This document shows, piece after piece, positions 19,474 to 28,118 of a DNA stretch of 64,000 bases. Both the position numbers and the translations under genes were made by a program. Origin of the DNA: Rhodospirillales bacterium (lineage in GTDB: Bacteria; Pseudomonadota; Alphaproteobacteria; Rhodospirillales; GLO-3); assembly GCA_003354135.1 (NCBI GenBank), contig PIVK01000004.1, positions 31,187-95,186 on the forward strand. The letters are read 5' to 3'. How positions within the stretch are numbered: the stretch's first letter is position 1; the number at the start of each line of letters is the position of its first letter. The notes under the pieces were generated by a model. That model was not told the origin of the DNA and did not search any database. It saw only the letters and a program-made list of their open reading frames with translations.

Positions 19474-20994
19474 CTACTTCTCGTAGAAGTCCGCCACGAT
19501 GCGGTCGAGAAGACGCACCCCAAAGGCGGTGCCGCCCTTGGGCACCGTCGGCGTCCCCTTCTTCGACCAGGAGACACCGGCAATATCCAGGTGCGCCCAG
19601 GGAACATCGCCGACGAAGCGCTGCAGGAACTGGGCGGCGGTGATGCTGCCCGCGCCCCGGCCCCCGATGTTCTTCATGTCTGCGGCGTCCGAGCGCAGCA
19701 TCTTGTCGTATTCATCGCCCAGCGGCAGCCGCCACAGATGCTCGCCAACCTCGGTGCCGGCGGCCACCAAGTTGGTGGCCAACTCGTCGTTGTTTGAAAA
19801 GACGCCCGCCATCTCGTGCCCCAAACTGATGATTATTGCACCCGTCAGCGTCGCCAGATCGACCATGAGCTTGGGTTTGAACGTCTCCATGCAGTACCAA
19901 AGAGCATCCGCCAACACCAGCCGTCCCTCGGCGTCGGTGTTGAGAACCTCGATCGTCTGCCCGGACATGGAGGTAACGATATCCCCCGGACGTTGGGCGG
20001 TGCCGGACGGCATATTCTCGACCAGCCCCACCACGCCGACGGCGTTGACCCTAGCCTTACGTCCGGCCAGAGCCTTCATCAGGCCGGTCACCACGCCGGC
20101 CCCACCCATATCCCACTTCATCTCCTCCATACCGGCCGACGGTTTGATGGAGATCCCCCCGGTGTCGAAGGTCACGCCCTTGCCGACGAAGGCAAGAGGG
20201 GCCTTGTCCTTGCTCGTCCTGCCCTTCTTTGCGGGCTTGCCGGCGCCCCACCAGGTCATGGTAACCAGCCGGGCCTCGCGGGCACTGCCTTGGGCAACAC
20301 CGAGAAGCGCACCCATACCGAGTTCCTTCATATCTTTGGGCTTGAGTACATTGACCTCGACGCCCAAGGGCTCCAATTCATCCTTGATGATCTTTGCGAA
20401 GGACTCGGGGAAAAGGACGTTGGCCGGTTCGGACACCAGGTCGCGGGTTAGAAACACGCCGTCCGCCACCTTGTCCGAGACCCGGTAGGCCGCCCGGGCC
20501 TTTTCCCCCTCCTCGCAGTGAACGTGAAGGGTCTTCAGCGAAGGCTTGTCGTCCTTCTTTTGCTTGGTCCGATACTTGTCGAAGCGGTAGGACCGCAACC
20601 GTGCCCCAAGGGCAATCTCGGCTGCCATCTCATGCGCAGCAAGCTCCGAGTCCTCAAGCCGATCGACGGCGACGTGAACGGACGCAGCCCTCTTGGAAGA
20701 TAGCGCGGCGTAGATCTGCCCGCCCACCGCCTGCAGTCCCAAGATATCGACGTCCTTGGCCTCGCCAAGCCCGTAGACATAAACCCGGTCCAACCTGGTA
20801 CCTGCCGGTGCCAGAACCGTCAGCGACTGGCCCTTGCCGCCCTTGAAACGGCTCGCCTCGATCGCGCGGACCAAGCCGCCGTTCATGGACTCGTCCAGTG
20901 ATCGGGCGCTGGAGGTCAACTCACGCTCCGCGAACACACCGACAACCACCATGCCGGTTTGGGGAAGGCCAGGCTTGGAAAATACGATCTTCAT
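19474..20994 (-). CDS. pepA: Leucyl aminopeptidase (M17)
   Basis: Contains M17 signatures VGKGVTFDTGGISIKP and NTDAEGRLVLAD. ATG 20994 is preceded by GGGAGAG. Confidence 0.92.
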   Translation of the reverse strand: MKIVFSKPGLPQTGMVVVGVFAERELTSSARSLDESMNGGLVRAIEASRFKGGKGQSLTVLAPAGTRLDRVYVYGLGEAKDVDILGLQAVGGQIYAALSSKRAASVHVAVDRLEDSELAAHEMAAEIALGARLRSYRFDKYRTKQKKDDKPSLKTLHVHCEEGEKARAAYRVSDKVADGVFLTRDLVSEPANVLFPESFAKIIKDELEPLGVEVNVLKPKDMKELGMGALLGVAQGSAREARLVTMTWWGAGKPAKKGRTSKDKAPLAFVGKGVTFDTGGISIKPSAGMEEMKWDMGGAGVVTGLMKALAGRKARVNAVGVVGLVENMPSGTAQRPGDIVTSMSGQTIEVLNTDAEGRLVLADALWYCMETFKPKLMVDLATLTGAIIISLGHEMAGVFSNNDELATNLVAAGTEVGEHLWRLPLGDEYDKMLRSDAADMKNIGGRGAGSITAAQFLQRFVGDVPWAHLDIAGVSWSKKGTPTVPKGGTAFGVRLLDRIVADFYEK

Positions 20995-21042
20995 GGAACT
21001 CTCCCTCTGACGCAAAATTCGATGTTTCTTGGCATCTCAGTT

Positions 21043-22011
21043 CTATTGCTTCGACTCGGCCTGCAAATGGTCCAGGTCCATTTCGGAGGTCCTCTCACCG
21101 GAAAACAGGAACATCAGACCGCCCGGGAGGCTGATTGCGACAGCCAACAAACCAAACACGATGGACAGAACCAAGGAACTCTCGGCCGGAATGCCGATCA
21201 ACGCAAAGGCCCCTACCATTGCTCCTTCACGCACCCCCCAACCCGCAATGGAAATGGGAAGCGTCGTTATCAGAATCACCGGTGGGACGAGAATAATGCA
21301 GTCCATCGCCGTTACCGGAATATCGAGCCCCCGCGCCAGCACGTAGACGGCCAGGGAAATATTGATGTTCCCCAAAGCACTTACACCTATGGCCAACGGC
21401 GTCCAGCGAATACTGAGAAAAACCCGGCGCGTATCAGCCGCAAGGTAGGCCATGCCCCGGATCGCCTTCCACCCACGGATGGATTCCGGCATGCGGTCGA
21501 GCAGCATGAGGACCACGACCCCGCCGACCGCCGCCACGGACAAAAGGGGAAAAACCCAAGTGACGGTATCGCCCTCGATTCGCGCCACCAGAAGGGGCTG
21601 CAAGACGGCAACCAGGAGGATCAGGGCCAGAACCGTAGCCACCCGGTCGAGCATTACGCCGTTGACGGCCCCCGGCAGGCTCAGCCCGCCCTTATAGGAC
21701 TTGTAAATTCGCACGGCGTCGCCCCCGACCGACGAGGGCAGGATTTGATTGAAGAAAATTCCGATATAGAGAAAGGTAAATGCCTTCCAGAACGGCAACG
21801 GCTCGCCCATGGCCCTGAGCGCAATCAGCCACCGCCAATTGGCAATGGGGAGCTGGACAAAAAGCAGCGCCAAGCCGGCCGCCAGGTATTCGGGAGCCAT
21901 GCCCCCGGCACGAGTCAGGGCCTGATCGAGATCGATGTTCTGGACCAAAAACCAGATCAGCGCCCCCGACAAAAGGAACTTGATGCCTATCAGAAGACGC
22001 TTTTTCGACAT
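21043..22011 (-). CDS. Flippase-like / lysylphosphatidylglycerol-synthase transmembrane-region family membrane protein (UPF0104)
   Basis: A polytopic membrane protein with the N-terminus KKRLLIGIKFLLSGALIWFLV. The family call is based on overall resemblance. Confidence 0.55.
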   Translation of the reverse strand: MSKKRLLIGIKFLLSGALIWFLVQNIDLDQALTRAGGMAPEYLAAGLALLFVQLPIANWRWLIALRAMGEPLPFWKAFTFLYIGIFFNQILPSSVGGDAVRIYKSYKGGLSLPGAVNGVMLDRVATVLALILLVAVLQPLLVARIEGDTVTWVFPLLSVAAVGGVVVLMLLDRMPESIRGWKAIRGMAYLAADTRRVFLSIRWTPLAIGVSALGNINISLAVYVLARGLDIPVTAMDCIILVPPVILITTLPISIAGWGVREGAMVGAFALIGIPAESSLVLSIVFGLLAVAISLPGGLMFLFSGERTSEMDLDHLQAESKQ

Positions 22012-22075
22012 GATTGGACAGAAAGAACCTGAATGTGGAAGCCAGCAACACATTTATCAGGTCGAGAATGTGCTG

Positions 22076-23197
22076 TCACCTCGCACGGTCCCCGATCCGC
22101 ACCGGCATGCGCTTGCGTCCCCAGTCACCGGGCGGACCGTCGAAAACACCGGCGCATGCCGCGCCGCAGGCGCTGCAATGCCCGTCCGCCGTCAGGTTCC
22201 AGGTGGACAACCGATACCAGTCCCGCCCGATCAGCATGGTCCCGCAGCCGAGGCAGTAGGTGCTGTCCCCTTCCGGGTAGTGGGCGTTGCCGATGTAGGC
22301 GTAGCGCACGCCGTTCCTCATGGCGGTCTCGCGCGCCCTGATCAGGGTGGCGAGCGGCGTCGGCGGGGTCTTCATCATCTTGTGGTCGGGATGGAAGGCG
22401 GAGAAGTGCATGGGAACGTCAGGTCCGAGGTTCTCCACCACCCAACGGGTCATTTCGTCCAGTTCACCGTCAGAGTCGTTCTCCCCGGGAATCAGCAGGG
22501 TCGTAATTTCGACCCAGACATCGGTCTCGTGCACCAGATAGACCAGGGTATCCAGGACCGGCTGCAGGTGGGCTGTGGAAAGCTTCTGATAGAACCTCTC
22601 GGCAAACGCTTTGAGGTCCACGTTGGCGGCATCCATCAGACCGAAAAATTCCGTCCGCGCTTCCGGGTTGATGTAGCCGGCCGTGACAGCGACATTCTTT
22701 AGCCCCCGTTCGCGGCAGGCAGCAGCCACGTCCACAGCATACTCGAGAAAAATCGTGGGATCGTTGTAAGTGTAGGCAACGCTCCTGGACCCGGTCTTCA
22801 GCGCCGCCTCGGCGATCATGATGGGGGCCGCCTTGGCCTGGAGATGGTCAAAATCGCGGGCATTGGAGAGGTCCCAGTTCTGGCAGAACTTGCAGGTCAG
22901 ATTGCATCCAGCGGTGCCAAAGCTGAGCACAGGGGTTCCGGGCAGGAAATGGTTGAGGGGCTTCTTCTCGATGGGATCGACACAAAACCCGCTGGACCGC
23001 CCGTAGGTGGTCAACACAATTCCATCATCATGGCGGGCGCGAACAAAACAGAGTCCTCGCTGTCCTTCTTTGAGCTTGCACTCGCGCGGGCAGATGTCGC
23101 ACTGGATCCGCCCGTCGTCCAGGACATGCCAATAACGCCCGGGATGGTGGCTCTGGATACCCTCTCCCAGCGTAGCGAAATCGTCGAATCCGCTCAT
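22076..23197 (-). CDS. amrS: AmmeMemoRadiSam system radical SAM enzyme
   Basis: Contains the radical-SAM CNLTCKFCQN (CxxxCxxC) motif, preceded by the Cys-rich CDICPRECKL and the GFCVDPIEKKPLNHF block typical of this family. Confidence 0.85.
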   Translation of the reverse strand: MSGFDDFATLGEGIQSHHPGRYWHVLDDGRIQCDICPRECKLKEGQRGLCFVRARHDDGIVLTTYGRSSGFCVDPIEKKPLNHFLPGTPVLSFGTAGCNLTCKFCQNWDLSNARDFDHLQAKAAPIMIAEAALKTGSRSVAYTYNDPTIFLEYAVDVAAACRERGLKNVAVTAGYINPEARTEFFGLMDAANVDLKAFAERFYQKLSTAHLQPVLDTLVYLVHETDVWVEITTLLIPGENDSDGELDEMTRWVVENLGPDVPMHFSAFHPDHKMMKTPPTPLATLIRARETAMRNGVRYAYIGNAHYPEGDSTYCLGCGTMLIGRDWYRLSTWNLTADGHCSACGAACAGVFDGPPGDWGRKRMPVRIGDRAR

Positions 23198-23244
23198 CAG
23201 ATCACCCCCTTTACAGTTCTTTTTCCGACAGGAAATAATTATTG

Positions 23245-23250
23245 ATTATA
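23245..23250 (-). promoter_or_regulatory. Possible -10 box (TATAAT on the minus strand) about 50 nt upstream of amrS
   Basis: An exact TATAAT hexamer, but no convincing -35 element. Confidence 0.25.
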
Positions 23251-23346
23251 GGGGATAGACCTGCTGCGAACGTGCACATTTTGCAGGCTTCCGATGTGAA
23301 CGGGGCGCCAACGGGCCGTGTTGTTTCTGATCGGCGAAGACGCTGA

Positions 23347-23427
23347 AGTGACCTTCCCCTGGAATCCCGGACCAAGTGGTAAATTACTTATGGACTATCT
23401 GGTCCGAAATTCCAGGGGAAGGTCACT
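23347..23427. repeat. Long imperfect palindrome/hairpin: 19-bp perfect outer stem plus 7-bp inner stem
   Basis: 23347-23365 (AGTGACCTTCCCCTGGAAT) is the exact reverse complement of 23409-23427. The inner pair is CGGACCA (23368-23374) with TGGTCCG (23400-23406). Confidence 0.9.
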
Positions 23428-23639
23428 CCGTTCATTCCTAAAAGAATTCCTCGGAGCCGGAACCGGAAAAACTTCGGTCCATTTTCGCCCCCCTCCAAAC
23501 CTATGCGACTCTAATGTTTCTGCGGGTTTCAGAGGGGCGGAGGGTGAATTGGAGTTTTCTTCCTAAAACGATTCTGTAACACTATCTACCTGTTGTTTTT
23601 CAATGTGTTACGTGGATACAAATTTATATTAGACCCGAA

Positions 23640-23680
23640 TGAATTCTAAATTAGATAAAACTGAATTCTAAATTTGATAA
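23640..23680. repeat. Two direct 19-bp repeats, TGAATTCTAAATT(A/T)GATAA, with 22-bp periodicity in an AT-rich tract
   Basis: Copies at 23640-23658 and 23662-23680 differ at one position. Confidence 0.85.
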
Positions 23681-23823
23681 TTAACCTATAACGCCCCCCT
23701 CCTTGAGGGAGGAGTTATGTCGAAACAATCGAATATCGGCGTCATAAGCGCCATTCTCCATCCCGGCACTTAATTATAAATACATCAATCTCATCCAAAA
23801 ATCACCAGGCCGACAAAGAAGGG

Positions 23824-24516
23824 TTACGTTTTGGGGTAATTTAGATGGTAGCCGCCTATAACCAAAGAAACAATTTCAACATCTCTCTCCACGCCGATGT
23901 TTGTCGCGCCGACAACAAACGGATCTTCCATGCCTCCCGGGCGTGTCAGCCAAATCTTTCCCGTGGCACCCTCTTCCGTATATCTCCTAATTGTATATTC
24001 CCGCTTACCGTCTAGGCCGTGCCGAATACAGACCACGTTATCGTGGGATTTCGGGCCACAATCTAAGTCAGAAAAATATACGATGACCGCAACAGACCCC
24101 GAGGGATAGGCGGGAGCTGCGGCGTCCCCTTTAATCTCCACGCCGTATTTTGGGTAATCCGCATAACTGGAGTGGTGATTGAAAAGTACAGTTCTGGCAG
24201 ATTCTCTTTGTGTTGTATCTCTTGAACGCCAAACCCCCATTTCAATTGTACCGATAACTGGTACACGGTCAGGCTGCGCATTAATTGGAACAGTCAACAA
24301 CTCATCAATAGAACGTCCGGCATGATGGGCAATGGCAACAAGCTCTGCCGGGCTGGGCTCCGCAAGGCCGCGCTCCATTCTGGATACTTTATTTTGTTGC
24401 GCACCAATAATCTGCGCAAAGTCGAACTGACTTAGCTTTCCTCTAATCTGCCGAATCGTCCCTCCGAGAACGGTAGACGAATGCACGTGCGGTCGTGGGT
24501 GCGCCAGTTTCGGCAT
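23824..24516 (-). CDS. XRE-HTH / S24 (LexA-CI)-like repressor with both catalytic residues substituted
   Basis: The N-terminal HTH is IRQIRGKLSQFDFAQIIGAQQNKVSRMERG. The C-terminal S24-like fold has GDAAAP where GDSMxP is expected, and TIRRY where a (V/I)KR(L/V)-type segment is expected. Confidence 0.7.
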   Translation of the reverse strand: MPKLAHPRPHVHSSTVLGGTIRQIRGKLSQFDFAQIIGAQQNKVSRMERGLAEPSPAELVAIAHHAGRSIDELLTVPINAQPDRVPVIGTIEMGVWRSRDTTQRESARTVLFNHHSSYADYPKYGVEIKGDAAAPAYPSGSVAVIVYFSDLDCGPKSHDNVVCIRHGLDGKREYTIRRYTEEGATGKIWLTRPGGMEDPFVVGATNIGVERDVEIVSLVIGGYHLNYPKT

Positions 24517-24983
24517 TAATAACCCTCTCGCCCTTAGTAATCATTTCTGAATAAATGGGGCGTGACCGGGGGAAAGTCAAGGGGGCTCTTTGTTGCCATC
24601 CGCCTCCATGAGGACGAACCTCGATCAGGAGTACGGGGTCCGCAACGGCCTCGACAAGGCAACATCGGGCGATGTCCGCCAGATCAAAGTTCCCAAAAGT
24701 TCTAGGACTTGAGCGTGGTTGTGGTCGTGGCACCGGGCAAGATTGGTAGGGCCGCTAGGGTCCAAAATCAGACTGCCATCGCAAGTTGAAACCCAATGCC
24801 GCCCGCCAAAAAAAATTCGGCCTCACTGCCGTTTTTAGGTTCAACCTCTCCAATGATGACGGCAAAACGGTTGGCGATGCTGTCTATGTATCCTCGGCAT
24901 TCCTTGTTCTTATCGCCGTCTCCTTTGGCGTGGTTGCTGTCGTAATACCTTGGAGGTAAAGCTCCCCCGGTCCGCGATAGCGT

Positions 24984-25223
24984 CTAGGCGCTCTTTCCCG
25001 CTTTGGCGATGAGAGCGCGTATGGCAAGAGCCTTCCCGTTAAAGGCACAATGGCAACGGCCCTCCCAAATTAGGATCCCGTCCCGGTCCCGGACTTCTCC
25101 GTAAGGGTTGGGGCCGGTGCGGTTAATCCAGGCGGTCAGCCTTCTTGGGACTGTTACCCTGTTTCGTTTTGCGTTGGCGCGTGCTTCGCGGAGCAACGCC
25201 TTGCAAGAATCATGGTCGGACAT
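24984..25223 (-). CDS. Hypothetical protein (79 aa), possibly the 5' part of a disrupted gene
   Basis: The ORF ends at TAG 24984-24986, and further open sequence lies downstream (see findings). Confidence 0.3.
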   Translation of the reverse strand: MSDHDSCKALLREARANAKRNRVTVPRRLTAWINRTGPNPYGEVRDRDGILIWEGRCHCAFNGKALAIRALIAKAGKSA

Positions 25224-25271
25224 GGTCAGGTTCCTTCTAGCGTGGTTCTCGAGTTGGATACTTTGGCGGCA

Positions 25272-25475
25272 TCATCGAAGGGTGGCGGGCGCCCCTTCTA
25301 TGATGGCGTTACACGGCTTCTGGCTTGCTCCTGGTCCTCGAAGATTGAAAAGATACGCAACCGTCTTCTCCGCATACCCAGCGGCTGTGAAAATAGCCTT
25401 CTTGTCGTTCTTCAGGACTTCCAGACAGGACTTGATATAACCGGTGTGGTCTTTCCGGGGCTGTTGTGCGGTCAT
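25272..25475 (-). CDS. Hypothetical small protein (67 aa)
   Basis: ATG 25475 lies 4 nt after the XRE gene's stop, with GGAGAGGG upstream. This suggests translational coupling. Confidence 0.4.
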   Translation of the reverse strand: MTAQQPRKDHTGYIKSCLEVLKNDKKAIFTAAGYAEKTVAYLFNLRGPGASQKPCNAIIEGAPATLR

Positions 25476-25479
25476 TGTG

Positions 25480-26028
25480 TCAGCCCTCTCCGCTTTCGCT
25501 TTCGCTATCGTTATCGCCAATCGTCTTGGCGAGTTCGAACACCCGTTTCCGAACGGCCGCGTCCTTTATCCGGTAGTAAGCCCGGACCAATTCAACGGTC
25601 TCCTTTCTGGCAAAAGGGTCAAAGCCGAGTGCGGTTTCACCCTTAGCGGGGGCCGGGTCGGACCCGATCCCTTTACGGCAGGCGTCCTCGGCGTCCCTGA
25701 TTACCTGCGGTATGTCGTCAAAGAAAAACGACACGGGGACATTCAGAATTTCGGAAAACTCATGAAGGCGGGAGGCGCCGATACGGGTCGCCCCACGCTC
25801 GTACTTTTGAATTTGCGGGAAGGTGAGACCGACGGCTTCACCCAGCGTTTCCTGGCTCATGCCCAGGAATGTCCTGCGCAACCAAACGCGGCGCCCGACA
25901 TGAACATCGATCGGGCGGGGTGTCCCTATCTGCTGTATCTGCTGTCCGTTTTCACGAATGCCGGGGCGAAGTTTACGCTTACGGCGTTTTTTCGGTGTGG
26001 TGGGGGGCTTGGCCGAATCGTCCGTCAT
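25480..26028 (-). CDS. XRE-family helix-turn-helix transcriptional regulator
   Basis: Contains the HTH_3 core LGMSQETLGEAVGLTFPQIQKYERGATRIGASRL, a basic N-terminus and an acidic C-terminus. Confidence 0.8.
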   Translation of the reverse strand: MTDDSAKPPTTPKKRRKRKLRPGIRENGQQIQQIGTPRPIDVHVGRRVWLRRTFLGMSQETLGEAVGLTFPQIQKYERGATRIGASRLHEFSEILNVPVSFFFDDIPQVIRDAEDACRKGIGSDPAPAKGETALGFDPFARKETVELVRAYYRIKDAAVRKRVFELAKTIGDNDSESESGEG

Positions 26029-26303
26029 ATTGCTCTCTCTGTGTCCTTGACAGGACCAGGACGACCATATCGGGAGTAGCTGGACTGGAGGCGTAAAGCC
26101 ACCATGTCAGGGCCTCAAGGAAAGCTTTCAAACCGCCCCATGAAGAGGGCTTGAAACGACGGCCAAACGCTACCGATATTCGGCTCAGGTGAGTTCGCGT
26201 CATCACCCTTTTAAGAGCATCCCAATCACATAGGTATGCTGCGATTACCACAAACAAGCAGACCAGTCAAATACGGATGATTACAACGCACTTTCCGCTA
26301 ATT

Positions 26304-26337
26304 ATGTTTTCAATAATCTTGTGTGATTTGAAAACAT
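26304..26337. promoter_or_regulatory. Palindrome ATGTTTTCAA-N14-TTGAAAACAT (possible operator)
   Basis: 10-bp perfect inverted arms, about 280 nt upstream of the XRE gene's start. Confidence 0.3.
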
Positions 26338-26671
26338 TAACCTACACTAATTCGTAGTTGGCAAATCCAAAGATGGATGGCCCGCTTACTCAATATTGGG
26401 AGGGCAGACGGCCATGTAATGGTCGGATAAGCTGGAATGGATGTCTTGTCCGGTCAAAGCCCATTCGACCGTAGCGGTTAACTGGTCCCGGTCGTGGTTT
26501 TCCGTTTCGGGGGAACGGGGAGACTTATCCCATCGACATCATCGCTGGAATCGTCAATCTGCAGATGGGATACTGAGCGGGATCCTGTGAGGGTCAAACG
26601 CATCCGACGCCAATAACTTTCACACGCGGACTTTCGCAGTAGGTCTAATAGAACGGAATGAGGGCTACATC

Positions 26672-27478
26672 ATGACCACCGTCCGCCAATCCGCTGTTGC
26701 CGGGGCTTTCTATCCCGGGAACGCCCGGGAACTGGACACTGCCGTACGCGCCTACCTTGATGAGGCCGGGGCCTGGCAGGGTCCCGTGCCCAAGGCGATC
26801 ATCGCCCCCCATGCCGGCTACGTCTATTCCGGACCCGTCGCTGCCACCGCCTATGTCCGTTTGGCTGCGGTCCGGGACGTGATTACACGCGTCGTGTTGC
26901 TGGGCCCCTGCCACCGGGTTCCCGTCAAAGGACTGGCCGCCAGCTCAGCAGACGCTTTTGTTACTCCTTTGGGGCAAATCCCACTTGATCGTAAGGCCAT
27001 CGAGGATATGCTCGATATGTCCCAGGTCCAGATCTTCGACCAGCCTCATGCTTTGGAGCATAGCCTCGAAGTCCACCTGCCTTTCCTGCAGGAGATGTTG
27101 GGCGAGTTTTCGCTAGTCCCCCTCGTAGTCGGCCCGGCATCAGCAGACGAAATCGCCGAGGTGTTGGACCGTCTCTGGGGCGGGCCCGAGACACTGATCG
27201 TCATCAGCACCGACCTCAGTCATTACCTCGATTACGAGTCCGCCATCGACATTGACGCAAGAACCTGCAAAGCGATCGAGAACATGGACGGTAATGCCAT
27301 CTCGGACAATGCTGCCTGCGGCCGCTATCCGGTGCGGGGCCTGCTGGCCACTGCCAAGCGCCGTGCCATGACCATCGAGACCGTGGACCTGCGCAACTCC
27401 GGCGACACAGCAGGCCCCCGCAACCAGGTGGTTGGCTACGGATCCTGGGTGTTGACCGAAGGGGATGCCGATGCCTGA
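26672..27478 (+). CDS. amrB: AmmeMemoRadiSam system protein B (Memo-like)
   Basis: The N-terminus AVAGAFYPG followed by IAPHAGYVYSG and DLSHY is the Memo-family pattern. Confidence 0.85.
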   Translation: MTTVRQSAVAGAFYPGNARELDTAVRAYLDEAGAWQGPVPKAIIAPHAGYVYSGPVAATAYVRLAAVRDVITRVVLLGPCHRVPVKGLAASSADAFVTPLGQIPLDRKAIEDMLDMSQVQIFDQPHALEHSLEVHLPFLQEMLGEFSLVPLVVGPASADEIAEVLDRLWGGPETLIVISTDLSHYLDYESAIDIDARTCKAIENMDGNAISDNAACGRYPVRGLLATAKRRAMTIETVDLRNSGDTAGPRNQVVGYGSWVLTEGDADA

Positions 27479-28118
27479 AGACCGTCATGAGGGCGAACAA
27501 GACTTTGGCGCCCAGACCAAACGCCTGTTGCAGGAGCACGGGGAGTCCTTGCTCCATTTGGCGGGCGGGTCGATTGCGTATGGCTTGGCACACGACACGG
27601 TGCAACCCGTGGAGGTCGAGGTCCATCCGGCCGCGCTCCGCGAACAGGGCGCCTGCTTCGTAACCCTGAAGAGGGCGGGGCACCTCCGCGGCTGCATCGG
27701 TTCGCCGCAGGCTCGGCGCTCCCTGGTGCAGGACGTGGTCGAGAATGCCTATGCCGCCGCCTTCCGCGATCCTCGGTTTCCAAAGCTCACCTCCGACGAG
27801 GTGGAGAATCTCCAACTCTCCATTTCGGTGTTAAGTCCGCAGGCGCCCATCGCATTTTCCGGCGAGGCCGACTTACTGGCGCGTCTGCGGCCCCGTATCG
27901 ACGGACTGGTCATCGCCGAAGGCATGCGCCGAGCCCTGTTCCTCCCATCGGTCTGGGAGCAGTTGCCCGACCCCAAGACTTTCCTCGGCCACCTCAAGCT
28001 CAAGGCGGGCATGGCTGCCAACCATTTTTCCGATGATTTTCAGGCTTGGCGTTTTGTCGCCGAGGAGCTTCATGCCCGCAATCTCGACAACCCGCAATCC
28101 ATCTGGAGTCACTCATGA
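27465..28118 (+). CDS. amrA: AmmeMemoRadiSam system protein A (AMMECR1 domain)
   Basis: Contains the AMMECR1 hallmark GACFVTLKRAGHLRGCIGS. It overlaps amrB by 14 nt. Confidence 0.85.
   Translation: MPMPEDRHEGEQDFGAQTKRLLQEHGESLLHLAGGSIAYGLAHDTVQPVEVEVHPAALREQGACFVTLKRAGHLRGCIGSPQARRSLVQDVVENAYAAAFRDPRFPKLTSDEVENLQLSISVLSPQAPIAFSGEADLLARLRPRIDGLVIAEGMRRALFLPSVWEQLPDPKTFLGHLKLKAGMAANHFSDDFQAWRFVAEELHARNLDNPQSIWSHS

Noticed and set aside
23318-23566. 82-aa plus-strand ORF across the 81-nt palindrome.
   Set aside because: The peptide partly mirrors itself because of the inverted repeat. There is no ribosome-binding site and no recognisable motif.
23717-23773. 18-codon ORF (MSKQSNIGVISAILHPGT) with a strong GGGAGGAG upstream.
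   Set aside because: It is too short to support from sequence alone and has no recognisable toxin or leader features. It is mentioned under the direct-repeat finding only.
23200-26660. Calling the AT-richer block a prophage, integrative element or insertion sequence.
   Set aside because: I found no integrase, transposase or structural gene, no flanking direct repeats and no adjacent tRNA. Only regulator-type genes and decayed ORFs are present, so it is reported as a variable or possibly inserted region only.
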